Positions 17,061 through 26,937 of a stretch of DNA of 64,000 bases are shown here, piece by piece. The first letter of the stretch is position 1; every line of letters begins with the position of its first letter. The notes under the pieces were generated by a model, which saw nothing but the letters and a program-made list of their open reading frames with translations, was not told the DNA's origin and did not search any database. Origin of the DNA: an uncultured virus (IMG/VR IMGVR_UViG_2886339191_000001) (lineage: Duplodnaviria; Heunggongvirae; Uroviricota; Caudoviricetes); the IMG/VR virus record IMGVR_UViG_2886339191_000001. The stretch is one strand, 5' to 3'. The translations under genes and the position numbers were made by a program.

Positions 17061-17684
17061 ATGACAATCCAGCGCACCTACAACACGTCCGCCCCGTACA
17101 TCCCGACCGCAGCAGAAGACCCTAGCGACGGCGCAGCAGTCCTGCGTCTACTGGCAGAGTCCCCGCTCGACTTCCACACCTGCCAGCCCTGCGACGACGG
17201 CAGCATCGTCATCATCTCCGCTGGTGGCGGCATGGGTGACATTCTCGACACCTCCAACGCCGTCGCCCTCACCGAACTGGCCGCATCGTGGACCGGTGCC
17301 CACGTCCACCACGGCATGTATGACTACACCTCAGTCTGCATCGAGCCGTCGCTCTGGGCACCCGAAGATGAGCACCTCATCGACATGCTCGACACTGCCC
17401 GGAGCTTCGCCGACTACCCCATCCTCGACGAGTCCGACTACTCAGAGCGTGAGCTGGCCGCATTCACCGAAGAATTCGCGTGGAACACCTCCCGGCTCTA
17501 CGACGGCCGCGACGAAACGCACCCGCTCTACGCCAAAGCAGGCGAAGTCGCCATGGACCTGTACTACGGCTACTCCGACCCCGGCTACATCTCGATTGAG
17601 CACGTCGAGCGGTGCTGGCGCTTCGCCGCCGACGACTCGGCCCGTGAGTTCCAGAACTGCACCACCATCCACCACCACCAGTAG
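17061..17684 (+). CDS. Acidic early hypothetical protein
   Basis: 207 aa, D/E-rich, 'DYPILDESDYSERE'. Confidence 0.7.
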   Translation: MTIQRTYNTSAPYIPTAAEDPSDGAAVLRLLAESPLDFHTCQPCDDGSIVIISAGGGMGDILDTSNAVALTELAASWTGAHVHHGMYDYTSVCIEPSLWAPEDEHLIDMLDTARSFADYPILDESDYSERELAAFTEEFAWNTSRLYDGRDETHPLYAKAGEVAMDLYYGYSDPGYISIEHVERCWRFAADDSAREFQNCTTIHHHQ

Positions 17685-17698
17685 ACAGGACACCGAAA

Positions 17699-17854
17699 AT
17701 GTGCGAGGACTACCCCTGCTGCGGCCACGAGCCCGGCGACTGTAACGGCCAGCTCTACGGCTCCGACGAGTCGATCAAGAACGACGAGATGGCCCGAATG
17801 ATCCGCAACGACCGCTATGCCATCTGGGGCCGCATGTCCCAGGACGACTACTAA
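17699..17854 (+). CDS. Small Cys-rich protein (not in ORF track)
   Basis: MCEDYPCCGHEPGDC..., 51 aa. Confidence 0.55.
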   Translation: MCEDYPCCGHEPGDCNGQLYGSDESIKNDEMARMIRNDRYAIWGRMSQDDY

Positions 17855-17885
17855 CCCGTCAAGTCACTAGACACCAAGGAGCAAC

Positions 17886-18557
17886 ATGAGCACCAACTGG
17901 AACACCAACGACGACTACACCATCCGCTGGGCCGAGACCGAGGATCCCCGCGTCCTCCTCGTGATGATGCTCGACTCTGAGCCGTCCAGCCCCGACTATG
18001 ACGGTCAAGCCCCAACCCTCATGGCCTACGAGTACGGATCCCGTGCCGACTTCACGCAGATCGGCGGCAAGTCCGACATCCCCGACGCTTGGGAGCGTGC
18101 GTTCAAGGAGTGGCGCGACGAGGCTCTCGCCGACCGTTTCGTCCGCATCTTCCACGGCGTCCGAGCTGTCCACCACCTCAGCAGCAGCGTTGACCGCTAC
18201 TCGTGGGCCATCGTCTTCGACGCTCCCGACTGGAGAGCCGACATGGGCATCGAGGACAGCACCGAACTCACCCGCGACGACCTCTCCTCCGACGTGGAGG
18301 CATACCTCGACAGCGACGTGTACGGCATCGGCTACGCCGTCTCCACCACCCGAACCACCACCGAGCTGCCCGTCGATTTCGCTGGCGATACCCCCACCGC
18401 CCAGGACTGGGACATGACCATCGAGTGCTGGGGCTTCTACGGGCAGGACTACGCCCAGTCCGAGGCCGAGTCCGGCAACTACACCTCCACCGACCTCCCC
18501 CCGATGCTCGACCACACCGACCCCGCAAACCCCGACAAGGAGCTACAGAGCGCATGA
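17886..18557 (+). CDS. Acidic early hypothetical protein
   Basis: 223 aa; AAGGAG RBS; 'YLDSDVYG...CWGFYG'. Confidence 0.7.
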   Translation: MSTNWNTNDDYTIRWAETEDPRVLLVMMLDSEPSSPDYDGQAPTLMAYEYGSRADFTQIGGKSDIPDAWERAFKEWRDEALADRFVRIFHGVRAVHHLSSSVDRYSWAIVFDAPDWRADMGIEDSTELTRDDLSSDVEAYLDSDVYGIGYAVSTTRTTTELPVDFAGDTPTAQDWDMTIECWGFYGQDYAQSEAESGNYTSTDLPPMLDHTDPANPDKELQSA

Positions 18558-18706
18558 AGTGCAAACACCCCGGCACCAACCACTCCACCGACATCACAAC
18601 CGTCTGGCATGGAGCCCCGGCCCCGCTCACCCTCTGCGGCTACCACGCCTCAAAGATCAGCCCCGCAACCTTCGCCGAACTACGAGCCACAGGAGTAATC
18701 AAGTGA
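18554..18706 (+). CDS. Small hypothetical protein
   Basis: 50 aa starting MKCKHPG; coupled. Confidence 0.5.
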   Translation: MKCKHPGTNHSTDITTVWHGAPAPLTLCGYHASKISPATFAELRATGVIK

Positions 18707-19005
18707 GCACCTTCCCCCTCGACAGCCTCACCGCAACCGAACACAAGGCCCTCCGCAACGAGGACCGCGACAGCCACCCCTTCGGGCCGATCCTCGCCCC
18801 CTACACCGGCAGCGCCGCCGTCCGCCACCTCGCCATAGCACCGACCCTCACCGATCGCCGCCGACGCATCCGAGCCCGCAACCTCCGGGACGCGGCACAG
18901 ATCGGAGCCCTGATCGTCCTCGGCATCACCGCAATGGTCATCTGTCGCTGGGCCATCATCATCATCGACGCCATCGCTCACACCCCCCTCTTCCCCGGCA
19001 ACTAG
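18703..19005 (+). CDS. Membrane hypothetical protein
   Basis: GTG start with AGGAG; C-terminal hydrophobic helix. Confidence 0.55.
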   Translation: MSTFPLDSLTATEHKALRNEDRDSHPFGPILAPYTGSAAVRHLAIAPTLTDRRRRIRARNLRDAAQIGALIVLGITAMVICRWAIIIIDAIAHTPLFPGN

Positions 19006-19047
19006 CACCAGCCCTAACCCACCAGCCACAACCCAACAAGGAGCATC

Positions 19048-20484
19048 ATGAGCCACATCACCGACACCCTCACTAACAATTGGGCTGCAAACATGGCCGA
19101 CGGCGGTTCCCGCCACCTATCCAAACGCCAGTCCTCCAACGTCACCGTGGCAGGAGACGCCATCCAGTCCTACGGCTGGTGGGAGATGGCACGCCTCCTC
19201 CGCAACCCGAAGACCCGCCAGGCCGAGCGCTTCCTCGTCAACGGTGACATCTACTCCGTGACCACCAGCAGGCAGCAGTCCACCGTCCGCCACGCCATCT
19301 CCCGCACCGACCTCCCATCGGTCATCATCCCCTTCTCGGTCCTCGACGAGGCGGGCATCGACAAGGCCAGCATCACCATCCTCGAAGCCACCGCCGACTG
19401 GACCGAGACCACCGAGCACCGCCACATCGACATGCCCAACTCGGCGGTCTGGGAGTACGAGTACGAGACCATCCCCGGCACCGGCGTCTACGTCCACAAC
19501 GCCACCGGCGAATCCCTCCCCAGCCAACATGCCTACAGCCACGAGACCTACTGCTACGTCAACGAATACGACGACCGCAAGGCCGCCGCCGTCGGCCCGA
19601 TCGACTGGCAGGACAGGACCGGCCCGAACGGCTACGACGCAGTGAAGGCACGAGAGGACGCCTTCGACGCCGAGTGGACGAAATACCCAGCTATCAGCAA
19701 GTCCACCGGACGCAAGACCCTGCGCACCGCCAAGGGGAGCTGGCACCAGTGGGAGGTGGTCGCCGATGACTCCGAAACCAACCCGAGCGGCATCGCTTAC
19801 CGCCGCGAGACCCTCCGCCACTGGCTCGGCGAGTCGCTCATCACCGGCAGCGTCCGCTACCAGACCACCATCAAGTGCGACCGCTGCACCGGATCCGGCA
19901 CCTACGACGGCGACACTCGCAACGTTTTGACCCCGGTCATCGGCCCGCAGACCCGAGAGTTGGGCGGCAACCTGCCCCGCTACTGGCTCGACCGCCCGAC
20001 CTGCAACCTGTGCTTTGGCGAAGGTCGCCGCACGATCACCAAGACCCGCACCTCCCGCTACCTCTCCGGCTTCGACTCCAACGAGACCCGCGTCAGCTAC
20101 TTCTTCTGCGAACTGCCCAAGCACTCCAAGGCAACGACGGTGCAGGAGGCATACGCAGACCTCAAGCCGGCGACGGTCAAGACCGCCGAGGCCCTTGGCC
20201 GCACCGTCCACCGTCAGGGCGACATCTACGCCGTGCCGATCACCACCATGACAACCGCCGACCTCACCCGCCTCAACGCGGTCCGCAGTAAGAAGACGCA
20301 CATCCTCGGTACCAACCACCGAGCCACCGAGGTGGCCATGGTCCGCAACGGCAAGGCGACCCTCACCTACGCCAGAGGCACCCTGACCCATGCCCCCCTC
20401 AACCGCGACCCCGACCACAAGCGAGTGACGATCGGCAAGAGCTGGCACCTCCTCCTCAAGAACACCGTCCCGGTATCCGCCTAA
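19048..20484 (+). CDS. Large early hypothetical protein with a DnaJ-type Zn-finger pair
   Basis: 478 aa; 'CDRCTGSG' and 'CNLCFGEG'; C-terminal 'RQGD...H...H...DH'. Confidence 0.75.
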   Translation: MSHITDTLTNNWAANMADGGSRHLSKRQSSNVTVAGDAIQSYGWWEMARLLRNPKTRQAERFLVNGDIYSVTTSRQQSTVRHAISRTDLPSVIIPFSVLDEAGIDKASITILEATADWTETTEHRHIDMPNSAVWEYEYETIPGTGVYVHNATGESLPSQHAYSHETYCYVNEYDDRKAAAVGPIDWQDRTGPNGYDAVKAREDAFDAEWTKYPAISKSTGRKTLRTAKGSWHQWEVVADDSETNPSGIAYRRETLRHWLGESLITGSVRYQTTIKCDRCTGSGTYDGDTRNVLTPVIGPQTRELGGNLPRYWLDRPTCNLCFGEGRRTITKTRTSRYLSGFDSNETRVSYFFCELPKHSKATTVQEAYADLKPATVKTAEALGRTVHRQGDIYAVPITTMTTADLTRLNAVRSKKTHILGTNHRATEVAMVRNGKATLTYARGTLTHAPLNRDPDHKRVTIGKSWHLLLKNTVPVSA

Positions 20485-20552
20485 CCGCGCCGCGCCACCC
20501 ACCCCCACCCCAAAGCCGCACGATCCAGCACCACCAAACAAAGGAGCACTAC

Positions 20553-20759
20553 ATGACCACCACGACGCTCAATCGCCCCATCGTCACCACGGCCCCCGCC
20601 GCGCCCCTGACCGACCGTGAGGCCGACGCTCTGCTCACCCAGTCCGCCACGCTCGAACGCCCCAACAAGGTCAAGGGCACCCCGCTCCTCAGCAGCAGCA
20701 ACGGCGCCTTCGCCACCAGCAGCAGCCGCGCCTGGTCCCGAGGTGGTGCCGTGGACTAG
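20553..20759 (+). CDS. Hypothetical protein
   Basis: AAGGAG RBS; 68 aa. Confidence 0.55.
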   Translation: MTTTTLNRPIVTTAPAAPLTDREADALLTQSATLERPNKVKGTPLLSSSNGAFATSSSRAWSRGGAVD

Positions 20760-20857
20760 CGGTACCCCGCACAACCGCCCCGCCGCGAAAGACGCCGCCG
20801 GTTCACGACCGGAGCGGGGCACGCATCACCACTCACCCCAGCAGAAAGAAGCACATC

Positions 20858-21403
20858 ATGACCACCATCCCCACCCACGGCGGCACCCCACACCCACACC
20901 AGAGCCCAGTCATCCTCAGCGTCGAACACCACGACCTGACTACCCCGCAGCCCACAACCACCGACCTCACCGTCACCACCACCGCAACGATCAGCCGCGA
21001 GACCATCCGCGAGGTTCTCGAAGACCTCGGCTGCCCCTACGACTGGGCCAGCTACGTCGAGACCTCCGACCCCGAGACCACCGACCACGACACCGCCATC
21101 ACGATCGGCTACTGGGAGGACGGCGAGCAGCGACCCCCGCACCTCGCGCTCAAGAGCGGCACCACGATCACGCCGTACAAGTCCCGCCCCGACTTCACCC
21201 TCACCTACACGATCAAGAAGCTGACGTGGCAGCAGATCGCCGACGCCATCCGGGACCTGTCCAATGGCCTCATCACCGACTACAGCTACCAGGTCCGCGC
21301 CGCCAACGATTACCTACACGACCCCGACGACGCAGACGGCGACGCCGAGACCGGCGACCTGATTGTCCAGTGGGCGGCCTTCGGGGAGCTGGTCTTCGGG
21401 TAG
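20858..21403 (+). CDS. Acidic hypothetical protein
   Basis: 181 aa; C-terminal 'DAETGDLIVQWAAFGELVFG'. Confidence 0.7.
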   Translation: MTTIPTHGGTPHPHQSPVILSVEHHDLTTPQPTTTDLTVTTTATISRETIREVLEDLGCPYDWASYVETSDPETTDHDTAITIGYWEDGEQRPPHLALKSGTTITPYKSRPDFTLTYTIKKLTWQQIADAIRDLSNGLITDYSYQVRAANDYLHDPDDADGDAETGDLIVQWAAFGELVFG

Positions 21404-21409
21404 CTAAAA

Positions 21410-21441
21410 GGGGCCGCGAAACGCACCAGCTAAGCGGCCCC
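21410..21441. terminator. Hairpin, possible terminator
   Basis: GGGGCCGC / GCGGCCCC after the 20858..21403 stop; the T tract is only on the minus strand. Confidence 0.4.
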
Positions 21442-21489
21442 CGAAACGGTCCCAAAACGACCGTTCCGAGCAGCACTAACGCTCGTAGG

Positions 21490-21550
21490 TAGTATAAGAG
21501 TATATATAGTATATAATAATATAGTTAAAAGAATAGATAGAGATAATAGC
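21490..21550. other. Extremely AT-rich tract, candidate replication origin unwinding element
   Basis: TAGTATAAGAGTATATATAGTATATAATAATATAGTTAAAAGAATAGATAG in a GC-rich genome; intergenic. Confidence 0.45.
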
Positions 21551-21796
21551 TGAGGTACAAAAATGCTGGTTGGCGGCCACTTAGGTCCAAACGAAAAAAA
21601 GGGCATAAGCTCATATAGCTGGCTAAATACGTTGATCCCCAACTGAAGCGTTATGCCGCCAACCCCGACCTCACCGTTATGGGCCATAGCAAATCTAGAC
21701 TATGCTAAACTGAATTCCCCACTAAAATATGGCTATAAGGTTAGAATGTCACTAATAGCCAGCTAACCGTAGTCACACCCGAAATAAGGAGCAAAA

Positions 21797-22045
21797 TTGG
21801 CCCATATCACGAACGCCCAGATCGGCGACAATATCCGCATGATGAGGAAGCGACGGAACCTCACGCAAGCTGAATTCGTCACCGAGCTGAACGTCATCGG
21901 CACGCCCGGCAAATGGGACCAGAGCCGAGTGTCTGCCATCGAGACGGGGCGCATCCTCATCTACGCCGATATGGTCGGCTACCTCGCCGAAGCCCTCGAC
22001 ACTACGACCGGCGCTCTGCTCGCCCCGGTCGCCGCCCACACCTAA
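21797..22045 (+). CDS. XRE/Cro-C1 family HTH transcriptional regulator
   Basis: 'IGDNIRMMRKRRNLTQAEF...QSRVSAIETG'; TTG start after TAAGGAG. Confidence 0.85.
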   Translation: MAHITNAQIGDNIRMMRKRRNLTQAEFVTELNVIGTPGKWDQSRVSAIETGRILIYADMVGYLAEALDTTTGALLAPVAAHT

Positions 22046-22079
22046 CCATCCGTCCACCCACCAACAGGGGAGCGCAACT

Positions 22080-22319
22080 GTGACCATCCAAACGACCGCC
22101 ACGGAGAAGGCCGCAGCCCGCGGTGAGGCAATCGTCAGCAGCGACCAATACGACCACGACACGCCGCACACCGACGTGCAGGACGCGCTTAGCGACTTGA
22201 TGCACTACTTCGACACGGTGCAGGCCAGCGACGACCACGACCTCACCATCACCTTCGAGGACATCCTCAACTCCGCACGGTTCATCTACAACGACGAGAA
22301 AAGAGACCCCGCATCATGA
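22080..22319 (+). CDS. Hypothetical protein
   Basis: 79 aa, 'DALSDLMHY'. Confidence 0.6.
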   Translation: MTIQTTATEKAAARGEAIVSSDQYDHDTPHTDVQDALSDLMHYFDTVQASDDHDLTITFEDILNSARFIYNDEKRDPAS

Positions 22320-22669
22320 CGATCGTCACCATCAGCGCAGAGCCCAACCGCGACACCTTCCAGGCACCGTGGCCGGTCACCTTCGACGGCACCACCGGCG
22401 AGGTGATCCACGGACGGCCCGATGCGATCAGGCTGATCGGGTTCGTCCACCCCAGTGACAGCTTCAAGATGATCGTCTTCGGCAACGAGGTCACGCCGAA
22501 CAAGCTCTCCGCCATCATCGGCCTCGTCCCGGTCTACTCTGATCCTGACGGGCACTTCTTCGGCACCGAGGCCCCCGTCCGCGCCGCCTCGGTATTCACC
22601 GGGGAGCGTGCGCCCCTCGACGCCGCCAACGACCTGCTGGTCGCCGCGCTGGATCGGATCAAAGCATGA
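22316..22669 (+). CDS. Hypothetical protein
   Basis: Coupled ORF. Confidence 0.6.
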   Translation: MTIVTISAEPNRDTFQAPWPVTFDGTTGEVIHGRPDAIRLIGFVHPSDSFKMIVFGNEVTPNKLSAIIGLVPVYSDPDGHFFGTEAPVRAASVFTGERAPLDAANDLLVAALDRIKA

Positions 22670-22974
22670 CCCGCCACTTCCGCCACGACGACGAGGGCGA
22701 GAGCACCGCCGCCGCGTTCGATACCGCCCGGCGTAAGCACGAGACCGACACGCTACTCACGCAGGCCGAGCAGTACCTCGCCGGCCTCGCCGACAGGGAG
22801 GCCCGGCGCGAGGAGGTTCTGCTCCGTCATGGCTTCGACATCGGCACCCGCCAGGAAGCCATCACCATGACCGGCCCGTACCAGGACCAGGCCAACGCCG
22901 ACCGGATCGCGCTGTTCTTCATGGAGCGCCGGATCGGATTCACCAAGCTCGAACGCAAGGGAGAAGACGCATGA
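22666..22974 (+). CDS. Hypothetical protein
   Basis: Coupled ORF. Confidence 0.6.
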   Translation: MTRHFRHDDEGESTAAAFDTARRKHETDTLLTQAEQYLAGLADREARREEVLLRHGFDIGTRQEAITMTGPYQDQANADRIALFFMERRIGFTKLERKGEDA

Positions 22975-23405
22975 CAATCCACATCACCAAAGACCAGGCC
23001 ATCGAGTTCCTCAACCAGGCGGTCGCCGCGAAGGGGGCGGACTTCAAGTACAAGACGGGATACAAGTCGGGAACGGACCCCGACGCACGGGGTTGCCACT
23101 ACGTCCGAGACGGTGCGGTGTCGTGCATCGTCGGCCACGCCCTGAGCTACGCCGGGGTGCCGGTCGCGTTCCTCGACAAGATGGACGACCAGGAGCGCTG
23201 GCCCCGTGAGGGCGAAGACGACGACAGCGACTACCCGCAGGTAACTGGCACAGGCATCGGCCAGATCGCCCAATTCCTCACGGAGGAGGTCACCATGGAC
23301 GCCGACGCACTGGATATGTTGGTCCGGGTGCAGCGCTGGCAGGACGTCGGCGAATCCTGGGGCAGCTCAGTCACCGACGCCATCCGCATCGGCAAGGGGG
23401 CCTGA
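22971..23405 (+). CDS. Hypothetical protein
   Basis: 'CHYV...SCIVGHAL...QRWQD...WG'. Confidence 0.65.
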   Translation: MTIHITKDQAIEFLNQAVAAKGADFKYKTGYKSGTDPDARGCHYVRDGAVSCIVGHALSYAGVPVAFLDKMDDQERWPREGEDDDSDYPQVTGTGIGQIAQFLTEEVTMDADALDMLVRVQRWQDVGESWGSSVTDAIRIGKGA

Positions 23406-23497
23406 TGAACGGCGACGACGACGAGTGCGAGGGCCACGAGTCGCTGAACGGCGACAGTATGGGCGTCACCATGTACTGCGACGGGAGCTGCGCGTGA
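23405..23497 (+). CDS. 30-aa Cys/His peptide (not in ORF track)
   Basis: MNGDDDECEGHESLNGDSMGVTMYCDGSCA; TGATG and GTGA overlaps. Confidence 0.5.
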   Translation: MNGDDDECEGHESLNGDSMGVTMYCDGSCA

Positions 23498-23715
23498 GCC
23501 CGATCCCGCCGACCACAAGGCCGCTGCGCACCATCCGACCGGAGGGCACCTACAGCACGATCCGGGTGGGTGACGGGATGGTCGAGACCATCCTGTTCGC
23601 CCCGAACGGAGGCGACGCACTGGCCACGATGCGCAGCCACCACGGCATCACGCAGATCCAGGCCGAGCACATCGAACGCATCCAGCAACAACTCAACAGC
23701 AAGGAGCACTCATGA
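23494..23715 (+). CDS. Hypothetical protein
   Basis: GTG start, coupled. Confidence 0.5.
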   Translation: MSPIPPTTRPLRTIRPEGTYSTIRVGDGMVETILFAPNGGDALATMRSHHGITQIQAEHIERIQQQLNSKEHS

Positions 23716-24614
23716 CCATCCACCCCAGCAATGCCGAAGCCCGGATCACGTTCTCGATCCTCGCCGAACCTGGCACAAGCATCCTCCCTGACTTCATCGC
23801 CGAGAACGACGGCGACTGGTCGCGGGCTCTGGAGTCGGCCCTTGAAGGACGCGGCCCGCAAGCGTGGCAGCCCCACCTCTACCGGATCGCTGAGAGCGTC
23901 GAAATGGTGCGGCGCACCGCCGCGCGGTTCAACATGAGCATGGTCTTCCCCGGCGATGACGCCTGGCCGGTCGGCCTGAACGACCTCGACTCACCGCCCG
24001 CCATGCTCTACGTCCGAGGCGACGCCTCCATCCTGAACGACGCACCCGCCATGGCCATCGTCGGAGCGCGAGCGGCAACTGGCTACGGCGAACACTGCGC
24101 CATGGAGTTCAGCGCGGGGCTCAGTAACCAGGGCGTGACCATCGTCAGCGGCGGGGCTTACGGCATTGACGGCATGGCGCACCGAGCGACCCTCGCCGCC
24201 AGCGGCAAAACTGTCGCCGTGCTCGCCGGGGGAGTGGACCGCTTCTACCCGGCAGGGCACGAGGCGCTCCTCACCCGAATCGTCGAGGGTGGCGTGGTCA
24301 TCTCCGAGCTGCCGCCAGGATCCGCACCCACTAAGTGGCGCTTCTTGCAGCGCAACCGAATCGTGGCGGCAATGACTCAGGCGACGTTGGTGGTCGAGGC
24401 GGGCCACCGCTCCGGCTCCCTGAACACCGCCGGTCACGCCGTGCACCTCCGTCGCACCGTCGGCGCAGTGCCCGGCCCGATCACCTCCGCCGCATCCGCT
24501 GGATGTCACCGCCTCATCAAGGAGGGGCACGCCATCTGCATCACCAGCGCCGAGGAAGCGTTCGACCTCATGCCCATCACCGCCGACACCGAAGAGAAGG
24601 AGGCCCGAAAGTGA
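23712..24614 (+). CDS. dprA: DprA/Smf DNA-processing protein
   Basis: 'AIVGARAATGYG', 'IVSGGAYGIDGMAH', 'FLQRNRIVAA', 'VVEAGHRSGSL', 'AVPGPITS...GCHRLI'. Confidence 0.95.
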   Translation: MTIHPSNAEARITFSILAEPGTSILPDFIAENDGDWSRALESALEGRGPQAWQPHLYRIAESVEMVRRTAARFNMSMVFPGDDAWPVGLNDLDSPPAMLYVRGDASILNDAPAMAIVGARAATGYGEHCAMEFSAGLSNQGVTIVSGGAYGIDGMAHRATLAASGKTVAVLAGGVDRFYPAGHEALLTRIVEGGVVISELPPGSAPTKWRFLQRNRIVAAMTQATLVVEAGHRSGSLNTAGHAVHLRRTVGAVPGPITSAASAGCHRLIKEGHAICITSAEEAFDLMPITADTEEKEARK

Positions 24615-24757
24615 AGACATTCACGTCGATAGTAACCATCCGCTGTGAGTCACTGGAGCAGGCCGAAGTGGTCCTGGCCGAGCGCCTCGCCCACGACGAG
24701 GACTACGGTTTCGACTACAGCGTGACCGAAAACGGAGCAACGGAGGCAACCGCATGA
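24611..24757 (+). CDS. Small hypothetical protein
   Basis: GTG start, coupled; 48 aa. Confidence 0.5.
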   Translation: MKTFTSIVTIRCESLEQAEVVLAERLAHDEDYGFDYSVTENGATEATA

Positions 24758-25011
24758 CCGAGACCACCACACCACTCACCGAGCCAACCACCGGCCAGTA
24801 CGCCCTGTTCGGCCGGTACGTCGCCGCCCTCCTTGGCGCCAACACCGAGTGGGATTCAGCAGCCGACTACCTCGAAGAGCAGGCCATCGCCGCAGCGAAC
24901 CTGCTCGGGGTGTCGGTAGGCGACCAGAGCCCAGCCGAGCTGACCCTTTGGCGCGGCGTCGCTGACCAGGTTGGCGTGTACTACGACGAAGACGAAGGAG
25001 AATACGCATGA
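24754..25011 (+). CDS. Hypothetical protein
   Basis: Coupled ORF. Confidence 0.6.
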   Translation: MTETTTPLTEPTTGQYALFGRYVAALLGANTEWDSAADYLEEQAIAAANLLGVSVGDQSPAELTLWRGVADQVGVYYDEDEGEYA

Positions 25012-25328
25012 GCACCTGCACGATCACCCTGCCCAACGACGAGACCATCACCATCGACGAGAGCGAGTACGAGGTGTCGAACGGCAACCTGCACCTCGCC
25101 CCCTACGCCGCCGTCAGCTTCCTCGAAGATTGGTGCCCAGCGCAGACCGCCGAGACTGGCAACCTGTACGCCTGGTCCGCTGTCGGAGAGTCAAGCTCGG
25201 AGCCGCTGGTCATCGCCTTCTCGGACGGCGACGACATCAGCTTCGAGTGGTGGTTCACCGACGTTGACACCGGCTGGTTCAACCTCGCAGACTTCCGCAG
25301 CTACATCGAGTTCGAGGTGAACAAGTGA
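25008..25328 (+). CDS. Acidic hypothetical protein
   Basis: Coupled ORF, very D/E-rich. Confidence 0.6.
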   Translation: MSTCTITLPNDETITIDESEYEVSNGNLHLAPYAAVSFLEDWCPAQTAETGNLYAWSAVGESSSEPLVIAFSDGDDISFEWWFTDVDTGWFNLADFRSYIEFEVNK

Positions 25329-25900
25329 GCGTCCTCGACCTCGAAGCGACCGCAGCGGCCCGAGCCGCCAACCCGACCCTGAGCGTCTTCGACACGGGGG
25401 AGATGCTGGAGCCCACCTACGCTTACGGACTCGCCGAAAAGCGAGACGGTTACTGGAAGACCGGCACGGTGGACTTCGACAACGACGAGGGCGCTACGGT
25501 GTTCACGATCTTCGCCCACCCCAGCACGATCGACGACGACACCACGCTAATCCAGATCGACACGCTGGCCGGTGACAAGTTCCGAATCATGCTGAACGAC
25601 GGCACGGTCTACTTCGGCAACCCCCAGCGGGAGGCCGAAGACGACACTATGTGCTGGAAATGCTGGGGCATCATCCCGCCGGAAGGGGTCACCATGGTCC
25701 CCGACGACGGCGAGCTGTGCGACTGCAAGCCCGAGAGCGCCCTGGTCGAGAAGCTCATCGGCCAGTACGACGCCAACCAGGCCGAGTACGACTCACACCC
25801 CGAAGACGAGCAGGTCGGTAAGGTCTACGAGACTTATGAAGACAACCTGATAGAACTCAGCCACGCACTAATCCATGCTCTACGGAAGGACACCAAATGA
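25325..25900 (+). CDS. Acidic hypothetical protein with CxxC and CxC
   Basis: 191 aa, coupled. Confidence 0.6.
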   Translation: MSVLDLEATAAARAANPTLSVFDTGEMLEPTYAYGLAEKRDGYWKTGTVDFDNDEGATVFTIFAHPSTIDDDTTLIQIDTLAGDKFRIMLNDGTVYFGNPQREAEDDTMCWKCWGIIPPEGVTMVPDDGELCDCKPESALVEKLIGQYDANQAEYDSHPEDEQVGKVYETYEDNLIELSHALIHALRKDTK

Positions 25901-26283
25901 AGAAGTTCATCAAGACCCACAAGGCAACCCTGATCGGCGCGACCGCAGCGCTTCTCGTCGGAGTCGGCATTGGCGGTGCAGGCGGTGGCACTCCAGCCCC
26001 CGCTGTCGCCGAGGCGCAGACCAAGACGGTAACCGTCACCAACGAGGTGACGCCTCCCGTCTGCGCCGATGCACTCGACTCCGCCGAACGCCTTATGGGG
26101 CTCGCCTCTGAGGGCTTTCAGCTCAGCAGTGAGGCGATTACGCTCATCAGCCGGTTCGACTTCGACGGCGCAAACGCCAAGAGCGCAGAGATGGGCGCCA
26201 TGGTGGGCCAGATCGGTGCCGAGCGAGCGAATTTCGATGGCCTCGACGCTGAGTGCCGGGCGAGCGGAGGAGACGGCGCATGA
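25897..26283 (+). CDS. Secreted or membrane-anchored protein
   Basis: Basic N-terminus plus a hydrophobic signal-like segment; one Cys pair. Confidence 0.65.
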   Translation: MKKFIKTHKATLIGATAALLVGVGIGGAGGGTPAPAVAEAQTKTVTVTNEVTPPVCADALDSAERLMGLASEGFQLSSEAITLISRFDFDGANAKSAEMGAMVGQIGAERANFDGLDAECRASGGDGA

Positions 26284-26615
26284 ATAGCCCGCTAATCCGT
26301 ACTGTCATCATCCACAACTACAAGCCGATCCCCGGCCGAGCCAAGACGGGCGGCTTCGACTTCGCCCCTGAGGGAAGCGACTACGAGGCAGACCTCCGTG
26401 TGCAGTTCGACCTCCAGACCGACACCGCCCACCACGACTACACGCCAACCCACGAACACCGGCTCATCCGGCTTCGGGTGCCGGATTACTTCAACTCCGA
26501 GCAGTTGACCAACTACATCGACAACCTGCTCACCCTGTTCGAGATGGGCATGTACGACGACACCAACAACGACCTGGGGAAGCACATCCCCACGAAGGAG
26601 GACACCCATGCCTGA
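26280..26615 (+). CDS. Hypothetical protein
   Basis: Start MNSPL, coupled. Confidence 0.6.
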   Translation: MNSPLIRTVIIHNYKPIPGRAKTGGFDFAPEGSDYEADLRVQFDLQTDTAHHDYTPTHEHRLIRLRVPDYFNSEQLTNYIDNLLTLFEMGMYDDTNNDLGKHIPTKEDTHA

Positions 26616-26937
26616 CCTCACCGGCTACTGGGCCAAGTACGACACCACCCTCAAGCGAATCCGCGACGAGAAGCCGAAGGACCTCGCCGAGCTGAAAGTG
26701 ATCCTCGACGACTTCGAGCCTCCTTCCTCTGGCGTCGCATTCTTCCCGAACGCCGCCGACGACCAGCTCGATGACGCCCTGATCGACGCGGGATGGCGCA
26801 TCCACTACATCGAGAGCGACTACCTCTGGGAAGCGAAGAGCCCCACGGGCTCCCGCATCCACTTCACTGAGGGCGACGTCCACGATGGACCCTGGGCGCC
26901 ATGGCCCAAACCAACCGAAAGCGAGACCCCCGCATGA
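26608..26937 (+). CDS. Hypothetical protein
   Basis: AAGGAGG RBS; 'HFTEGDV'. Confidence 0.65.
   Translation: MPDLTGYWAKYDTTLKRIRDEKPKDLAELKVILDDFEPPSSGVAFFPNAADDQLDDALIDAGWRIHYIESDYLWEAKSPTGSRIHFTEGDVHDGPWAPWPKPTESETPA

Noticed and set aside
19117..20541. Long antisense ORFs (also 4039..5160, 26996..28075, 39242..40144, 43376..44287, 56353..57321)
   Set aside because: Shadow ORFs opposite well-supported genes, expected from high-GC codon bias
16186..23710. Recurrent AAGGAGCA before early genes as a special motif
   Set aside because: Adequately explained as a strong Shine-Dalgarno sequence
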